A DNA stretch of 63,561 nt, counting the filler, from Octopus bimaculoides (taxonomy: Eukaryota): the NCBI RefSeq assembly GCF_001194135.2. It is 5 parts of 5 records of this genome, joined end to end, with 100 filler letters (N's around TTAATTAATTAA, not from the genome) between each part and the next. Parts side by side here need not be neighbours in the genome. Positions count along the whole stretch, not along the records: positions 7,881 to 19,357 come from NC_068988.1; positions 19,458 to 50,874 come from NC_069005.1; 3 more parts are not named here. One strand, given 5' to 3'. The notes below the pieces were generated by a model. The model made no database searches. It was not told the origin of the DNA and saw only the letters and a list, made by a program, of their open reading frames with translations. Made by a program: the position numbers and the translations under genes. Shown here in pieces: positions 9,976 to 22,539 of this stretch; within the stretch, counting starts at the first letter, position 1; each line of letters starts with the position of its first letter.

Positions 9976-12210
9976 TATATGTGTGTGTGCGAATGTGTGT
10001 GTGCGAATGTGTGTGTATGGGTGTATATATGTATAAATGTATATATGTTTATATATACGTGTACATATTACATGTACATCTATATATATACATCTATACA
10101 TATACATGTATACATATACATCTATGTATATACATGCATATATATATGCATCTCTATATATACATTTGTGCAGATGTCTACGTATATATATATATATATA
10201 TATNNNNNNNNNNNNNNNNNNNNNNNNNNNNNNNNNNNNNNNNNNNNNNNNNNNNNNNNNNNNNNNNNNNNNNNNNNNNNNNNNNNNNNNNNNNNNNNNN
10301 NNNNNNNNNNNNNNNNNNNNNNNNNNNNNNNNNNNNNNNNNNNNNNNNNNNNNNNNNNNNNNNNNNNNNNNNNNNNNNNNNNNNNNNNNNNNNNNNNNNN
10401 NNNNNNNNNNNNNNNNNNNNNNNNNNNNNNNNNNNNNNNNNNNNNNNNNNNNNNNNNNNNNNNNNNNNNNNNNNNNNNNNNNNNNNNNNNNNNNNNNNNN
10501 NNNNNNNNNNNNNNNNNNNNNNNNNNNNNNNNNNNNNNNNNNNNNNNNNNNNNNNNNNNNNNNNNNNNNNNNNNNNNNNNNNNNNNNNNNNNNNNNNNNN
10601 NNNNNNNNNNNNNNNNNNNNNNNNNNNNNNNNNNNNNNNNNNNNNNNNNNNNNNNNNNNNNNNNNNNNNNNNNNNNNNNNNNNNNNNNNNNNNNNNNNNN
10701 NNNNNNNNNNNNNNNNNNNNNNNNNNNNNNNNNNNNNNNNNNNNNNNNNNNNNNNNNNNNNNNNNNNNNNNNNNNNNNNNNNNNNNNNNNNNNNNNNNNN
10801 NNNNNNNNNNNNNNNNNNNNNNNNNNNNNNNNNNNNNNNNNNNNNNNNNNNNNNNNNNNNNNNNNNNNNNNNNNNNNNNNNNNNNNNNNNNNNNNNNNNN
10901 NNNNNNNNNNNNNNNNNNNNNNNNNNNNNNNNNNNNNNNNNNNNNNNNNNNNNNNNNNNNNNNNNNNNNNTATATATACATAAATACATACATACATACA
11001 TAAATACATACATACATACATGAATACATACATACATACATACATACATACATACATACATACATACTTACATACATACATACATACATATATATTCAGA
11101 TTGTCTGCTTGTTTTGAAAGGGAAAGTGACATACTATGAGAGAGACAGACAGACGAAACAGCAGACAGATTTCATCAAAGTAGTCTTAATAATCAGCATT
11201 TACATTGAATTCAAAGATACTGTATAGGAATATTTGACGTTTATTTTCTTTTCACAACCTGACCAGATCGAAAACACAAGTTAGAGAAAATATAAGGTAT
11301 AACAAGTCATTTATCATCAGTGTGCAAATCTACTACTGTAAAATAATTCACTTTCTCGATGAGAAAATATTTTCAGGATGCAATAACTTGCAAAATCCGT
11401 TTCACAAAAGGTGTGTTAAAATCATACACAACTAGATTAAACCGTCTCTTGTATCAATATTGTCAATGGAAATTAGAACTAACGGGTGCACAACTGCCGA
11501 AGCGTATAGATTTTACAACAGAAGGTTCACCATCAGCCTGTGCTAGCCATCCATTCTCATATCCAGGTGCAGAATTGTGCAATTATTCTGAGAAAGACTA
11601 GCATTAAGCGATGCATGTAAGTCTCTCATTCTCTACCTTGCCGATGTTTATTCAGGGGAAAAGTAACCTAATTGAGCAGATACAGCTTTGCACCAGTGTC
11701 ATCGCAGGTGATGATACCATACCTCGGTATGACGTAATAGATACCGTAAGGCATTTGGCCTGACCTACAGATTCCCTCGATGTAGATCTGGATTGGTGCA
11801 CGTTATGGACTCGGAAATGATCAAATGCAAAATATTACTCCAGGAGGACTTGGACTCATACCAGTGAATTTGAAGTTACCTATTTCGCCATTAGAACAAA
11901 TACCTATTGAAAAGCAATATATTCTAGGCTCATGGCTACAAAACAACTCATCAAAGAACTGTAAATTTGTTGCAGCATAAACTTTCAAATGTCTCATGCA
12001 CGAACACGTCCTTCCGGCGCTATTTGCAAAACGGCGGTGCAATTTCAAAGTACATTTCAAGTTTCTACAAAAAGTATACAAATCAGAAATGACATGGGTA
12101 TTGACGGGTAAATCAGCGGCAATTAAAAAGTGATGTAGAAGGGAAACACGCTTAAATAGGTATATTGCAGGTACTTATCCACATTTTCCTTATCAAATTT
12201 TCCTTTGTCT

Positions 12211-13142
12211 TGTCAGCAACCACAGCTATTTTTAGCGTAGGAGCGATCGCTGCCCCTTTCCGGTCAGCGAAAGTTCAGAAAAGCAGGATAGGAATCGTAC
12301 TGAACTGCCCCAGCTTTGGGAGGGGGTAAGGTAACACTATTGGGCTACGGTATTTGTGAGAAATACGAGAACAGGAATTGGCGCGAAGCAGTCGGCCGAG
12401 GACTTGGAGGCCCAGTCGAGTGGTAGCAGTCGGCCGAGGCAGTTGGCGAAGGCAGTTAGCCGAGGATTTGGGGAGCAGTCGAGTTGTACAGGCGAGTTGG
12501 CCTGAGAGTTGGATGAAGTGAAGATGAACAATGATAAGTCTGACAGAGAGAGGCCGAGAGAGTGAGCGCCTATAGTCAGCAGAAATGCATAGAGTCTCAG
12601 AGAGAGAGGGACAGAGAGATGGAACTGTTGTGGCCGCCAAAAGAGATAGCAGTAGTCAGTTGTTTACTTCTTGGATCGTACGGTGTTTGTGAAAGAAAGG
12701 AAGTTATTACAGCAAAGGTTTGTCTAAATATTCTTCCAAGAAAAATGTACTTTTAAAGGACTCGATGTACGAACTCTTGTTTATGTAATGATTGCAANNN
12801 NNNNNNNATTATGTTGCATGCGCTATTATATGCTATTGGATTTATTATTACGCAATGTTTTATTCTGATGTATTGATGTAATGTTTTATTTTGATGTATT
12901 GATGTAATGTTTTATTCTGATGTTTGATGTAAAAAGAAAAGGTTAGTTCCGCTACCCAACGTATGGTCTCCGTGTTGTTTCCTCCTCCCCTCCTTTTGCC
13001 TGTGTTGTTCTTCGCTGCGTGCTCCGGTCGGGTCTTATTGCTGGCCGTGGCGAACGTACCGACTCACTGAGCGTTCGACGTTCGCGCGCGCGCGAGTTCT
13101 CTCTTTGTTAAGGAGGTGCTTCGCGTGCGGGCGTTCGTAACA
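12211..13142. mobile_element. Probable solo LTR (Gypsy-like), about 930 bp
   Basis: GC/CpG-rich block bounded by TGTcagcAAC...GTTcgtaACA (TG...CA with an imperfect terminal inverted repeat). Flanks gtct/gtat resemble a 4-bp TSD with one mismatch. Contains internal tandem repeats (gcagtcggccgagg; 26-bp gatgtaatgttttattctgatgtatt x3). No coding capacity seen. Confidence 0.5.
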
Positions 13143-14099
13143 GTATTATTTAGGTTAGCTAAAATATGTTTGCGACGTATTTCAAATGCTAAAAGGCAAA
13201 AACTCTGCAAGTACTATGGAGAAAATATCTCTCTTATGGTAAAAGGTGCTAACACACGCAATTTGTTATATCAGGAATCTTAGACATCGATATTGAAGTT
13301 TGTCAATGAGATGTACATAAGCAGTTTAAATATGTCACAAACATTTTAAGTAAACTAAATTTTGCACACACACACACACACAAATGCACACACACAATGT
13401 ACACACACACAAATGCACACACACTCATATATAATCATCTTTGAAATGTAGTGCATGTAACTAACCATTAAGAAGTACGTTTTTCAATTAACGGTGCTCA
13501 AAAGATTTTTTATTATTATTGCGAAATATTTATACTGTTGAAAAATATGTATACATTGAAGGTATGCTTGGAATGTGCTGGTTATGCCTCATCAGCGAAA
13601 ATTGTAGGTAGAAGCATCATTTAACTCATTAATAAACACTAAAAAGTACTTTTGGAAACATACAAAGAGTGCGAAGTACAGTTAGATTTCTGGCAATGAA
13701 GAAATATACATGGTATTTTTGAGTTCACATGAAGCTTTTCATTTATATATTGACACCATTTGGTTTTGATATTGATCCGTTTTCTTTTGAAGATATTGTA
13801 TGATATTTAGTAATATCATGTATCACGTAATATGAATCTGACAGAGGAGCCATCGTTTATTTTTGACAGTTCTCCTCATCTGGAGACTCTAAAGTGAACG
13901 AGACCAGCTTCAAAATATGACACACGGCAAGCGTTGGGAATTCCTCCTATGTATTCCAGATTTATATCTGAATAAAATCTCTTGTATTTACGAGTGAAAC
14001 TTATTATGTACTTTATAATTTGTTTGAAAATTCTGACTGAGTACTTGCTGGCATGGCGTCCAAGTGAGAAATCAAACAAATCTGTTCCATTTATTTATG

Positions 14100-14860
14100 C
14101 CAATGAATCGTGAAGTTCTTTTGACAGTCTATATTTCTGAGACACAGATGAGCACAGTGCATACTTAGTTTTTCACCAGCTTCTTTTGCAGGTCACGTTT
14201 CAGGTCTTTAGTGACCATTGTTTTGTGTTTGTTGAATTCCTTTTTTGGTCGTGGCAACTCTTACACTGATTTCTCTCTTCCAAGATATTTAACTTGTTCA
14301 ATCTGCTCTCGTTAATTTCCGTTTATGTTAATTTGCAAATTAGCTTTACTGCACTTTCCAGTCTTCATTACTTTGGTCTTCTGGGTTATTCACATCTTGT
14401 ATCGTCACCTACATCGATCAGACTTGTCTTGATGTTCTGCAAACCAACTGCTTTGTTTGCTGTCATTACCTGCTGTCTGCAAATTTCAAAGCCTATATTA
14501 GAGTGAAGGGTCTGTTTTTTTTATTATCCATGCGGGCTAACATAGAGGGGACAACCTATATTAGAGTGAAGGGTTGTGAAATGAAATTTTCGATACGAAT
14601 AGAGAGGATCTGCTGGACGGACCACGTGAGCAATGAAAGGGTGCTTAAGAGAATTGGAGAGAAGTAATTCGTTACTGATACCAGCTAGGGAAGGAAATCA
14701 AGACGGATAGAACATATAACATGAAAGAGGCTTCTGTGCGCTGTGATAGACGGGAGTTAATACAGGTGAGAAGACGGAGAGGGAGAAGGAGAATGGTGAT
14801 CCTCGATGATATTAGGCCGTAATGAAGAGAACAGCACAGGTTAAGAGAGTGCTGGAGAAG
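14100..14860. mobile_element. Degenerate CR1/RTE-like LINE fragment with an inverted 5' part
   Basis: Minus 14490 to 14100 translates (with stops/frameshifts) ALKFAD...KTKVM...EQVKYLG...KKEFNKHKT...LQKKLVK...SEI*TVK. Plus 14578 onward continues EMKFSIRIERICWTDHVSNERVLKRIGEK. Confidence 0.75.
14512..14554 (-). mobile_element. Extremely 5'-truncated SINE-B tail insertion with a 20-bp TSD
   Basis: Insert (minus: ttgtcccctctatgttagcccgcatggataataaaaaaaacag) matches the SINE B tail at 31181-31225. It is flanked by the direct repeat cctatattagagtgaagggt at 14492-14511 and 14555-14574. Confidence 0.8.
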
Positions 14861-14895
14861 ATGCATGTACACAGGACATGAATAATAGAACACCT

Positions 14896-14999
<104 letters not shown>

Positions 15000-15306
15000 C
15001 TAAAGTAACATAGTTTGTACCAGTTTTTCTATTAGGAATAACATACGGGCACACGCACACATACGCGTATATTATATTATATTATATTTGCATAGCCTGT
15101 TTCATTGCAATCGATTATAAATTAATGTTATTAGGTTTAAGGCGTTGAACTTTTATTCAAGCTGAGAGATACTCTTGTTCGACACTTGCATATACGCGTG
15201 CGTATGTTTGCACGTTTGTGCAAGTATGTACGTCTACTTGAATTTCTGTATCCATGTTTATATATATACAAGAGAGCACACACACTCACTCACATACGCG
15301 CCCGCC

Positions 15307-15353
<47 letters not shown>

Positions 15354-16454
15354 ACACACACACACACATTTCAGTGCTCTGCAACCGGTATTCTGCGGCA
15401 CACTGGTGTGCCAGGAGCTCATACTAGATGTACCGTAGTGTAACCTGAATATAATTTTGTTTCCCTATACCTTTAGTTACAGTTTTCGTTCAGGCGTGGC
15501 GCTGAATTTTGAAAAGAGTATAAGTGTGCTGCGAGTGAAAAGAGGTTGCAGAGCACTGATATATATATATAAGACAATTGCGTATGCACATAGGCATAAA
15601 GAAATATACCATTCTATATGTTTTGAATCAGATAACGTGAGTCATTATTACCATTCGATGAACGTATGTCTAAACGATACGTGAATTCACATAAACTTCA
15701 ATATTCTCAAAACGCTATAATGTTATTCATACGAGTGGTGCGATGCAGTTACTAGTTCACAGTTAATTATACATTTATGCAACGATGTGTGTGTAACCAT
15801 GTGGTCTGGTGTGAATGCATGGTCTGAATATATAACATTTTTTCACACTTGTATAATTCTTAATTAATATTTCAACGGATGTCCAAACTATCACGCACTA
15901 ACACACGCACGCGCGCAAGCAGGCGCGCACATACACTCATAAATATGTAGGAGAGAAAAAGAACTCAATACATTTAATATTGTATAGTGTGTGTTTAAAT
16001 TTGATTCTATTTCTTATGAATCGAGTGCCATGTCTAAAAATTACAGCCTCGTAAGAACTACGCCTCGAAAAATATATTTCAGTGTAAATTTGTGACTGTG
16101 TGTTAGTGTGTTTACAAACACAAATATGTATTTACATGTGTTTACATATAAGTGTGTGTATATATGCATATAAATATATATATATGTGTGTGTGTACATA
16201 TATATATATATCTATATATATATATATNNNNNNNNNNNNNNNNNNNNNNNNNNNNNNNNNNNNNNNNNNNNNNNNNNNNNNNNNNNNNNNNNNNNNNNNN
16301 NNNNNNNNNNNNNNNNNNNNNNNNNNNNNNNNNNNNNNNNNNNNNNNNNNNNNNNNNNNNNNNNNNNNNNNNNNNNNNNNNNNNNNNNNNNNNNNNNNNN
16401 NNNNNNNNNNNNNNNNNNNNNNNNNNNNNNNNNNNNNNNNNNNNNNNNNNNNNN

Positions 16455-16495
<41 letters not shown>

Positions 16496-16508
16496 ATATA
16501 TATTCATA

Positions 16509-16554
<46 letters not shown>

Positions 16555-17651
16555 TATATGCACACTCACACAGACACACATGCACTCACACACACATATA
16601 CACTTACACGAACACAAACCTAATCGCACGCAGCTACACATACATTTAATTACAGATACATAGATGTGTGTGTGCGCATGTGTCTGTACGTGCGTGTGTG
16701 TGTTCGCACGTGAGCGTGCATGTAATTCTAGGTAAAAGTTGATTGTGTTCTTTTATATGTAAGTTTACTAGGGACAGCCAAGTTAACAAAAGTCTTGCCG
16801 GAGATTCTGATAAAAGTTGACACATCTTCCCCAGAGAAAACTAGATTCAATGTTTACATGCACAGCGTAAATATACTTTGAGCTTTTGCGATGTCATGAA
16901 TACAAATTTGAGTGTGTAGTGCATGTGATTATGTCTTGACGTTTACATGTGTGTATATTACTGTATTCGTTTCTCATATATATGGGATTTCGTATTTGCA
17001 TATATATTTTGCACTGCATGTTAATATGTATCAGCTTCGATTCTACAACCTTCGTGTTTTTTCCGTGTATACATGCAAATTTCGACTTTTATTATACCAA
17101 AGTAGAAAATTCTTATTACGTTTGTGTTTCTATTTATGCATCTCACTTGCTTCTAACTTTAATATACATATACTAGCAGTTATATAAATGAATGAATGAG
17201 TTTTATTTTAGATGCACATCATATGAAGGCACTTTCGTTTGTTTGTCTTTAACGAGAGAGTTCGCTTCCCCGCTTCTTAGCCAAGTAGCTCTGCGGCAGA
17301 TTCACTGTACGTTATCTGAAGTAAGAGAGTATTACCGACTATTGACCTGGGTCGACCAAAGGCTTCTGAATGTATTTGGTAGAGGAAAATATATTTGTAT
17401 ATAATTGTCGATAAAGGAAAGAGAAGATGGACTCAGTTTTAGTCTAATAAACTGAAAGACTAGTACCAAATCCATATCTCTTTCATTAATCGATTATTAT
17501 TACATCTAACACTGCGGAATTCCTGACGTATATCCAGCGGAAATATGGCCAACTGCAGGTGACACAAAGTAGCTAAAACCCTGCCAGTGCTTTACTCAAC
17601 ACATCAACAGAGTAACTGACATATACCCATTAGTCCAAAATATAATATATA

Positions 17652-17684
<33 letters not shown>

Positions 17685-18086
17685 CAGAGAGAGAGAGAGA
17701 GATGTATATGTATACATTATATATACATATGTATATATATATATATATATATANNNNNNNNNNNNNNNNNNNNNNNNNNNNNNNNNNNNNNNNNNNNNNN
17801 NNNNNNNNNNNNNNNNNNNNNNNNNNNNNNNNNNNNNNNNNNNNNNNNNNNNNNNNNNNNNATATATATATTTATTTATATAAGGGCATTACTATACAAT
17901 AATGTCTCACGCTTTGAGGGACTCTAAGGTCAGACTACCATAAAAAGCAGATTTTTACCGAACGCGAGGAAATGCAACTCTCAAAGCCAACCCCTTAAAA
18001 ACAGACTAAATTACAGATCATGATTTCGTAGTTATTGTAGTAATATAAAACCTCTGCTCGTCAGTATAATATGGTCAAGAAAAATA

Positions 18087-18299
18087 GAAGTAAACAGAGA
18101 ATCAACATACCAAACGAACATCGTGAATCCAATTCAGCATATAGAAGACTGTTCATCGCTATTTCCCTATGTAAGTGGCGGGAATTTCGAATTGCATCTC
18201 GGTAAATATGCTTTTTTCTCAGAATAAATTCAGTACTGAATATATTCTGGTAATATATTTAAATTCAATAATAGGACATGCTGATTCTCTGTTTACTTC
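18087..18299. mobile_element. MITE-like element with TA flanks
   Basis: Perfect 21-bp inverted repeat atagaagtaaacagagaatca (18084-18104) / tgattctctgtttacttctat (18282-18302). Reading TA as the target site gives TA|GAAGTAAACAGAGAATCA...|TA. Confidence 0.65.
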
Positions 18300-18329
18300 T
18301 ATATGTACATATATTTATCTGAGTTTAAA

Positions 18330-19040
18330 TCCGCTCCACTAGCTCTGATTGACCATGAAGTACTGCTATGTTTCATTTTTGGCTGCAACCATTTCACGTC
18401 AATTTCTTGATCAGAGTTTCCAGACCCACTCTTGAATACTGTTAGAAAATACAGCAAATCTGGACTTATTGGAGAATATGACAGTGTCCCAAAATGCTAG
18501 TGCCTCTCCACCATCTCACTGGTCCAAACTTTTATCCTTTTCATATTGTCTGGTCAAAGAAGTGGCTTCCTTCTTGCTGCTCTGCTATAGTAACCACTTT
18601 TGTCGAAATACTTAACAGCTATTCATGGACTGACCTCAGCGTGTTCTGCTATGTCAGAGGTCTTTCAACGAGGATTATCCTCCACACTTCTCTTGACAAA
18701 GAGAAGGGTCCTGTCAAAAAGCCATGTTCAATCTGAGCGAGGTGATGTAAACTCCTTCCCTTCTCTGTTGAATTGCACAATCACTTTATTAACTGTAGAA
18801 AGTGGAATCCCAAGATTTTCTGCGATTTTACGATGACGATGTCCACCTTCATATTGAGGCACAAGGTGGCCACATTGAAATTCAAACAGCTTCAAGGCTT
18901 CTTTTGTACATGACATGATTAAACAGTCGCATATAGACCCTGAAACATAAAAATTCCATTAATAAAAAATATAACCATTTACAAGTTAAAACAAACCTAA
19001 AACGATGTTTTATGGAGTATCTATTTACTTCTGCCGTGTG
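18330..19040 (-). mobile_element. Tc1-family transposase 5' half (pseudogenised)
   Basis: Minus strand: HTH region GHRHRKIAENLGIPLSTVNKVIVQFNREGKEFTSPRS, then YYSRAARRKPLL and FWDTVIFSNKSRF (the first catalytic FSDES motif, degenerate). Truncated before the rest of the DDE domain. Confidence 0.85.
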
Positions 19041-19459
19041 TGTGTGTGTGTATATGTGTGCGTGTGTTTGTGTGTGTGTGTGTGTGTGTGTATGTGTGTG
19101 TGTTTATGTACATGTTCATTTATGTGTATATATATAACGGATAATGCACAAATAAATGTATAAAGCCCATTATTTAGGGCTTTTCTTTTACAGACATAGA
19201 GCGTTTATGTATGCATGTTTGTATATGTATGTGTATGTATGTGTGTATATATGTGTATGTATGCATGTATATATATATGTGTATGTGTATGTCTGTGTAT
19301 GTATGTATTTATGTATATATGGGTATGGATGTGTATATATGTGTATGTGTGTGTATANNNNNNNNNNNNNNNNNNNNNNNNNNNNNNNNNNNNNNNNNNN
19401 NTTAATTAATTAANNNNNNNNNNNNNNNNNNNNNNNNNNNNNNNNNNNNNNNNNNNNGG

Positions 19460-20340
19460 GACATAAACACACCACCATCGGTTGTCAAGCGATGTTAGGG
19501 GGACAAACACAGACACACAAACATATACACACACATACATATATTTATATACATATATACGACGGGCTTCTTTCAGTTTCCGTCTACCAAATCCACTCAC
19601 AAGGCTTTGGTCGGCCCGGGGCTATAGTAGAAGACACTTGCCCAAGGTGCCACACAGTGGGGACCAACCCGGAACCATGTGGTTGGTATGCAAGCTACCT
19701 ACCACACAGCCACTCCTGCCAGTCATTACACTGTGGCAAGGCTGGGGCACCACCTTGAAGGGTTTTAATTAAACACATTGACCCTGGGGGCTTTCTTTTA
19801 ATGCCTAGTACTTACTCTATCAGTCTCTTTTGCCAAACCGCTAAGCTACAGGCATGTAAGCATACCAACACCAGTTGTCAAGCGGTGATGGTGGAGACAA
19901 ACACTAACACAAAGATACATAAACACACACACACACACACATATATATATGATGGGCTTCTTTCAGTTTCTGTCTACCAAATCCACTCACAAGCCTTTGG
20001 TTGACTTGAGGTTGTAGTAGAAGACACTTGCCCAAGGTGCCATGCACTGGGACTGAACCTGGAGCCATGTGGTTGGGAAGCAAGCTTCTTACTATACGGC
20101 CACACCTGTGCCTATATATGTTCATGTGTCATTGTGTCTGTGTTTGTCCTGCTCACCACTGGTTGACAATCAGTGCTGATGTGTATACATCTCTGTAACT
20201 TAGTGGTTCAGCAAAAATGACTGATAGAATAAGTACCAGGATTTTTAAAAAATAAGTACTGGGGTTGATACATTCAACTAAAATTTCAAGGTGGTACCCC
20301 AACATGGCTGTAGTCAAATGACTGAAACAAGTAAAAGAAA
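19460..20340. mobile_element. Cluster of three SINE family A copies/fragments
   Basis: Minus copies at about 19460-19715 and 19800-20110, and a plus-strand 3' half at about 20130-20340. Confidence 0.8.
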
Positions 20341-20539
20341 AAAGATATATATATATACAAGAAGAACTTCAATAGCCCACATCATTGTGTCAAACACCAG
20401 TTGTCACTTTCTGACCAATCCCACTTAGCCCACCTCCACTAAGGTTATCACTGGAATCTCTATGGCCGTACAGGAATAGACTGGACAGGGGACAGAGTGT
20501 AGTATGATCCTCGTTTTGGCTGAAGCATAGTTATATATA

Positions 20540-20756
20540 TATAACCATTTTGCCAGTGACAATGACATCATAGACGCTGTAGGAAGTTTCTTGGAGTCCC
20601 AAACAAAAGAGTTCTTCTACACTGGGATAATGGCGCTTCAGCACTGCTGGAGAAAGTGTTCAGCCATCGAGGGGGACTATGTTGAAAAATAGATCATCAG
20701 AAGTCTTGTACCATGTTTTTTTTTTTTGAGGCTCAAGACTTTTCAGACACCCCTCG
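20540..20756 (+). mobile_element. Mariner 3' fragment with TIR
   Basis: Translates HFASDNDIIDAVGSFLESQTKEFFYTGIMALQHCWRKCSAIEGDYVEK*; ends cagacacccctcg|TA. Confidence 0.85.
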
Positions 20757-21429
20757 TATATCATCATCATCATTTAATGTCTGTTTTCCATGCTGGTATG
20801 GGTTGGACAGTTTGACAGGGGCTGGCAAGCCAGAAGACTACAACAGGCTTCACTGAGTGTTTCAACAAGGTTTTTATAGCTGGATGCCCTTCCTAACACC
20901 AACATATATAAATATGTGTGTATATGTGTGTGTGTGTTTATGTGTATCTTTGTCTTGACATCATGTGATGGTCATAGATAATGATCATCATCATTACACA
21001 AAAAATGCTGTTCATTTCCAGTTTTCCATAAAAAATGTCTGGCCACAGGAAAATATTACCTCCCTTTGGAAACAGGCAAGGGTTGGTGAGAGGAAAAGCA
21101 TCTAGCTGAAGAGAAAACCAGCCACAACAAATTCCATCACACCCATGCAAGCATAGAAAAGTGGTTATCAAATGGTGATGATGATATAGATCTATGACTT
21201 GGGATTTGCACCAAGTGGTTCTTCCAACTTCTTGGGACAAGATGCTACACATTAGCAGCAACTGAAGTTTACTCACAAGATACCACTGGTCAGTCTGTGG
21301 CTACAGCAGCGACACTTGATCAAGACGTAATGCAATGGAATCACACCCAGGACCATGTAGTTGGAAAGGGAACTTTTAACCACACAGCCAACCAAACCTA
21401 CACCTGCTTCCTCTATAACTTCATAAAAA

Positions 21430-21613
21430 TCTCTTCATATCTTTTATTTGTTTCACTCGTTAGGCTGTGACCATGCAGGGGCACTACCTTGAAAAAGTTT
21501 AGTTGAACAAATTGACCCCAGTACTCATTTTCTAAAGCCTGGTTCTTATTTTATCTATCTCTCTTGAAATGTAAACACACCAACACAGGTTGTCAAGCAG
21601 TGGTGGGGAACAG

Positions 21614-21658
<45 letters not shown>

Positions 21659-21810
21659 TATGATGGGCTTCTTTCAGTTTCTGTCGACCAAATCCACTCA
21701 CAAGGCTTTGGTTAGCTCAAGGCTAGAGTAGAAGACACTTGTCCAAGGTGTCAAGCAGTGGGACTGAACTTGGAACCATTTGGTTGAAAACAAACTTCTT
21801 ACCACTATGT
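21430..21810 (-). mobile_element. SINE family A (degenerate, near full length)
   Basis: Reverse-complement family A motifs with an internal (TA)n tract. Confidence 0.75.
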
Positions 21811-21954
21811 CAGCAAAACTGTCAAGCTGGAAGATAATTAAATTTAAATTATAGAAAAATGGATGAAAAATGAATGAAGCAACCAACAAACTTCGCTCAA
21901 GAGCAATTATCATCCCAGAAAGACTTCTTTTGTTTTTGTTTCACTTACTATTAT

Positions 21955-22390
21955 TAAGGCAGTGAGCTGGCAGAATTGTTAACATGCAGGGCACAATGCC
22001 CTGTGGCATTCTGTCCATCTTTACATCCTGAGTTCAAATTCCACCAGGGTTGACTTTGCCTTTCATCCTTTCAGGGTCAATAAAATGCCAGTTGAGTACT
22101 GGGATTGATGTAATCAGCTATTCTCCTTCCCCAAAATTTCAGGTCTTGTGCCTGTAGTAGAAAGGATTATTATTGAGGTAGGGAATTGGATAAGTCATTA
22201 GTGTGTGGGACAAAATGCTTAACTGCATTTCTTCAGGCACTTTACATTCTGAGTTCAAATCCACTGAGGTCAACTTTACCTTTCACCCTTTTGAGGTTAA
22301 TAAAATAAGTACCAGTTGAGTAGTTGGGTCAATGTAATAAACTTTCTCACTCCCCTCAAAATTGCTGGCCCTGTGCCAAAGCTTGAAACC
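21955..22390 (+). mobile_element. Tandem SINE family B copies
   Basis: Two copies starting aaggcagtgagctggcag and gaggtagggaattgg, separated by an attattatt tail. Confidence 0.8.
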
Positions 22391-22539
22391 AATGTTGTTA
22401 TTATTATTATTCTTATTTATTATATTTGCTGCAGAGTACATCAGATGTGTTTTTGAATGCTCCAAGTAAGTCCATTTGAAAACTATTGTTTACACCCATT
22501 TGGTGCCATTTAATAGAAACACCAGGAACCTGCCACTAG

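Noticed and set aside
9850-11132. Long ORFs of 300-420 aa spanning N runs (also 4904-5689, 24674-25706, 45567-46130, 52340-53038, 59254-60778, 62100-63398)
   Set aside because: Open only because N codons contain no stops; the flanks are simple repeats.
17192-17404. Plus-strand ORF with acceptor-like ttttagATG and donor-like gaaGTAAGA
   Set aside because: No recognisable protein similarity and no partner exons; insufficient support.
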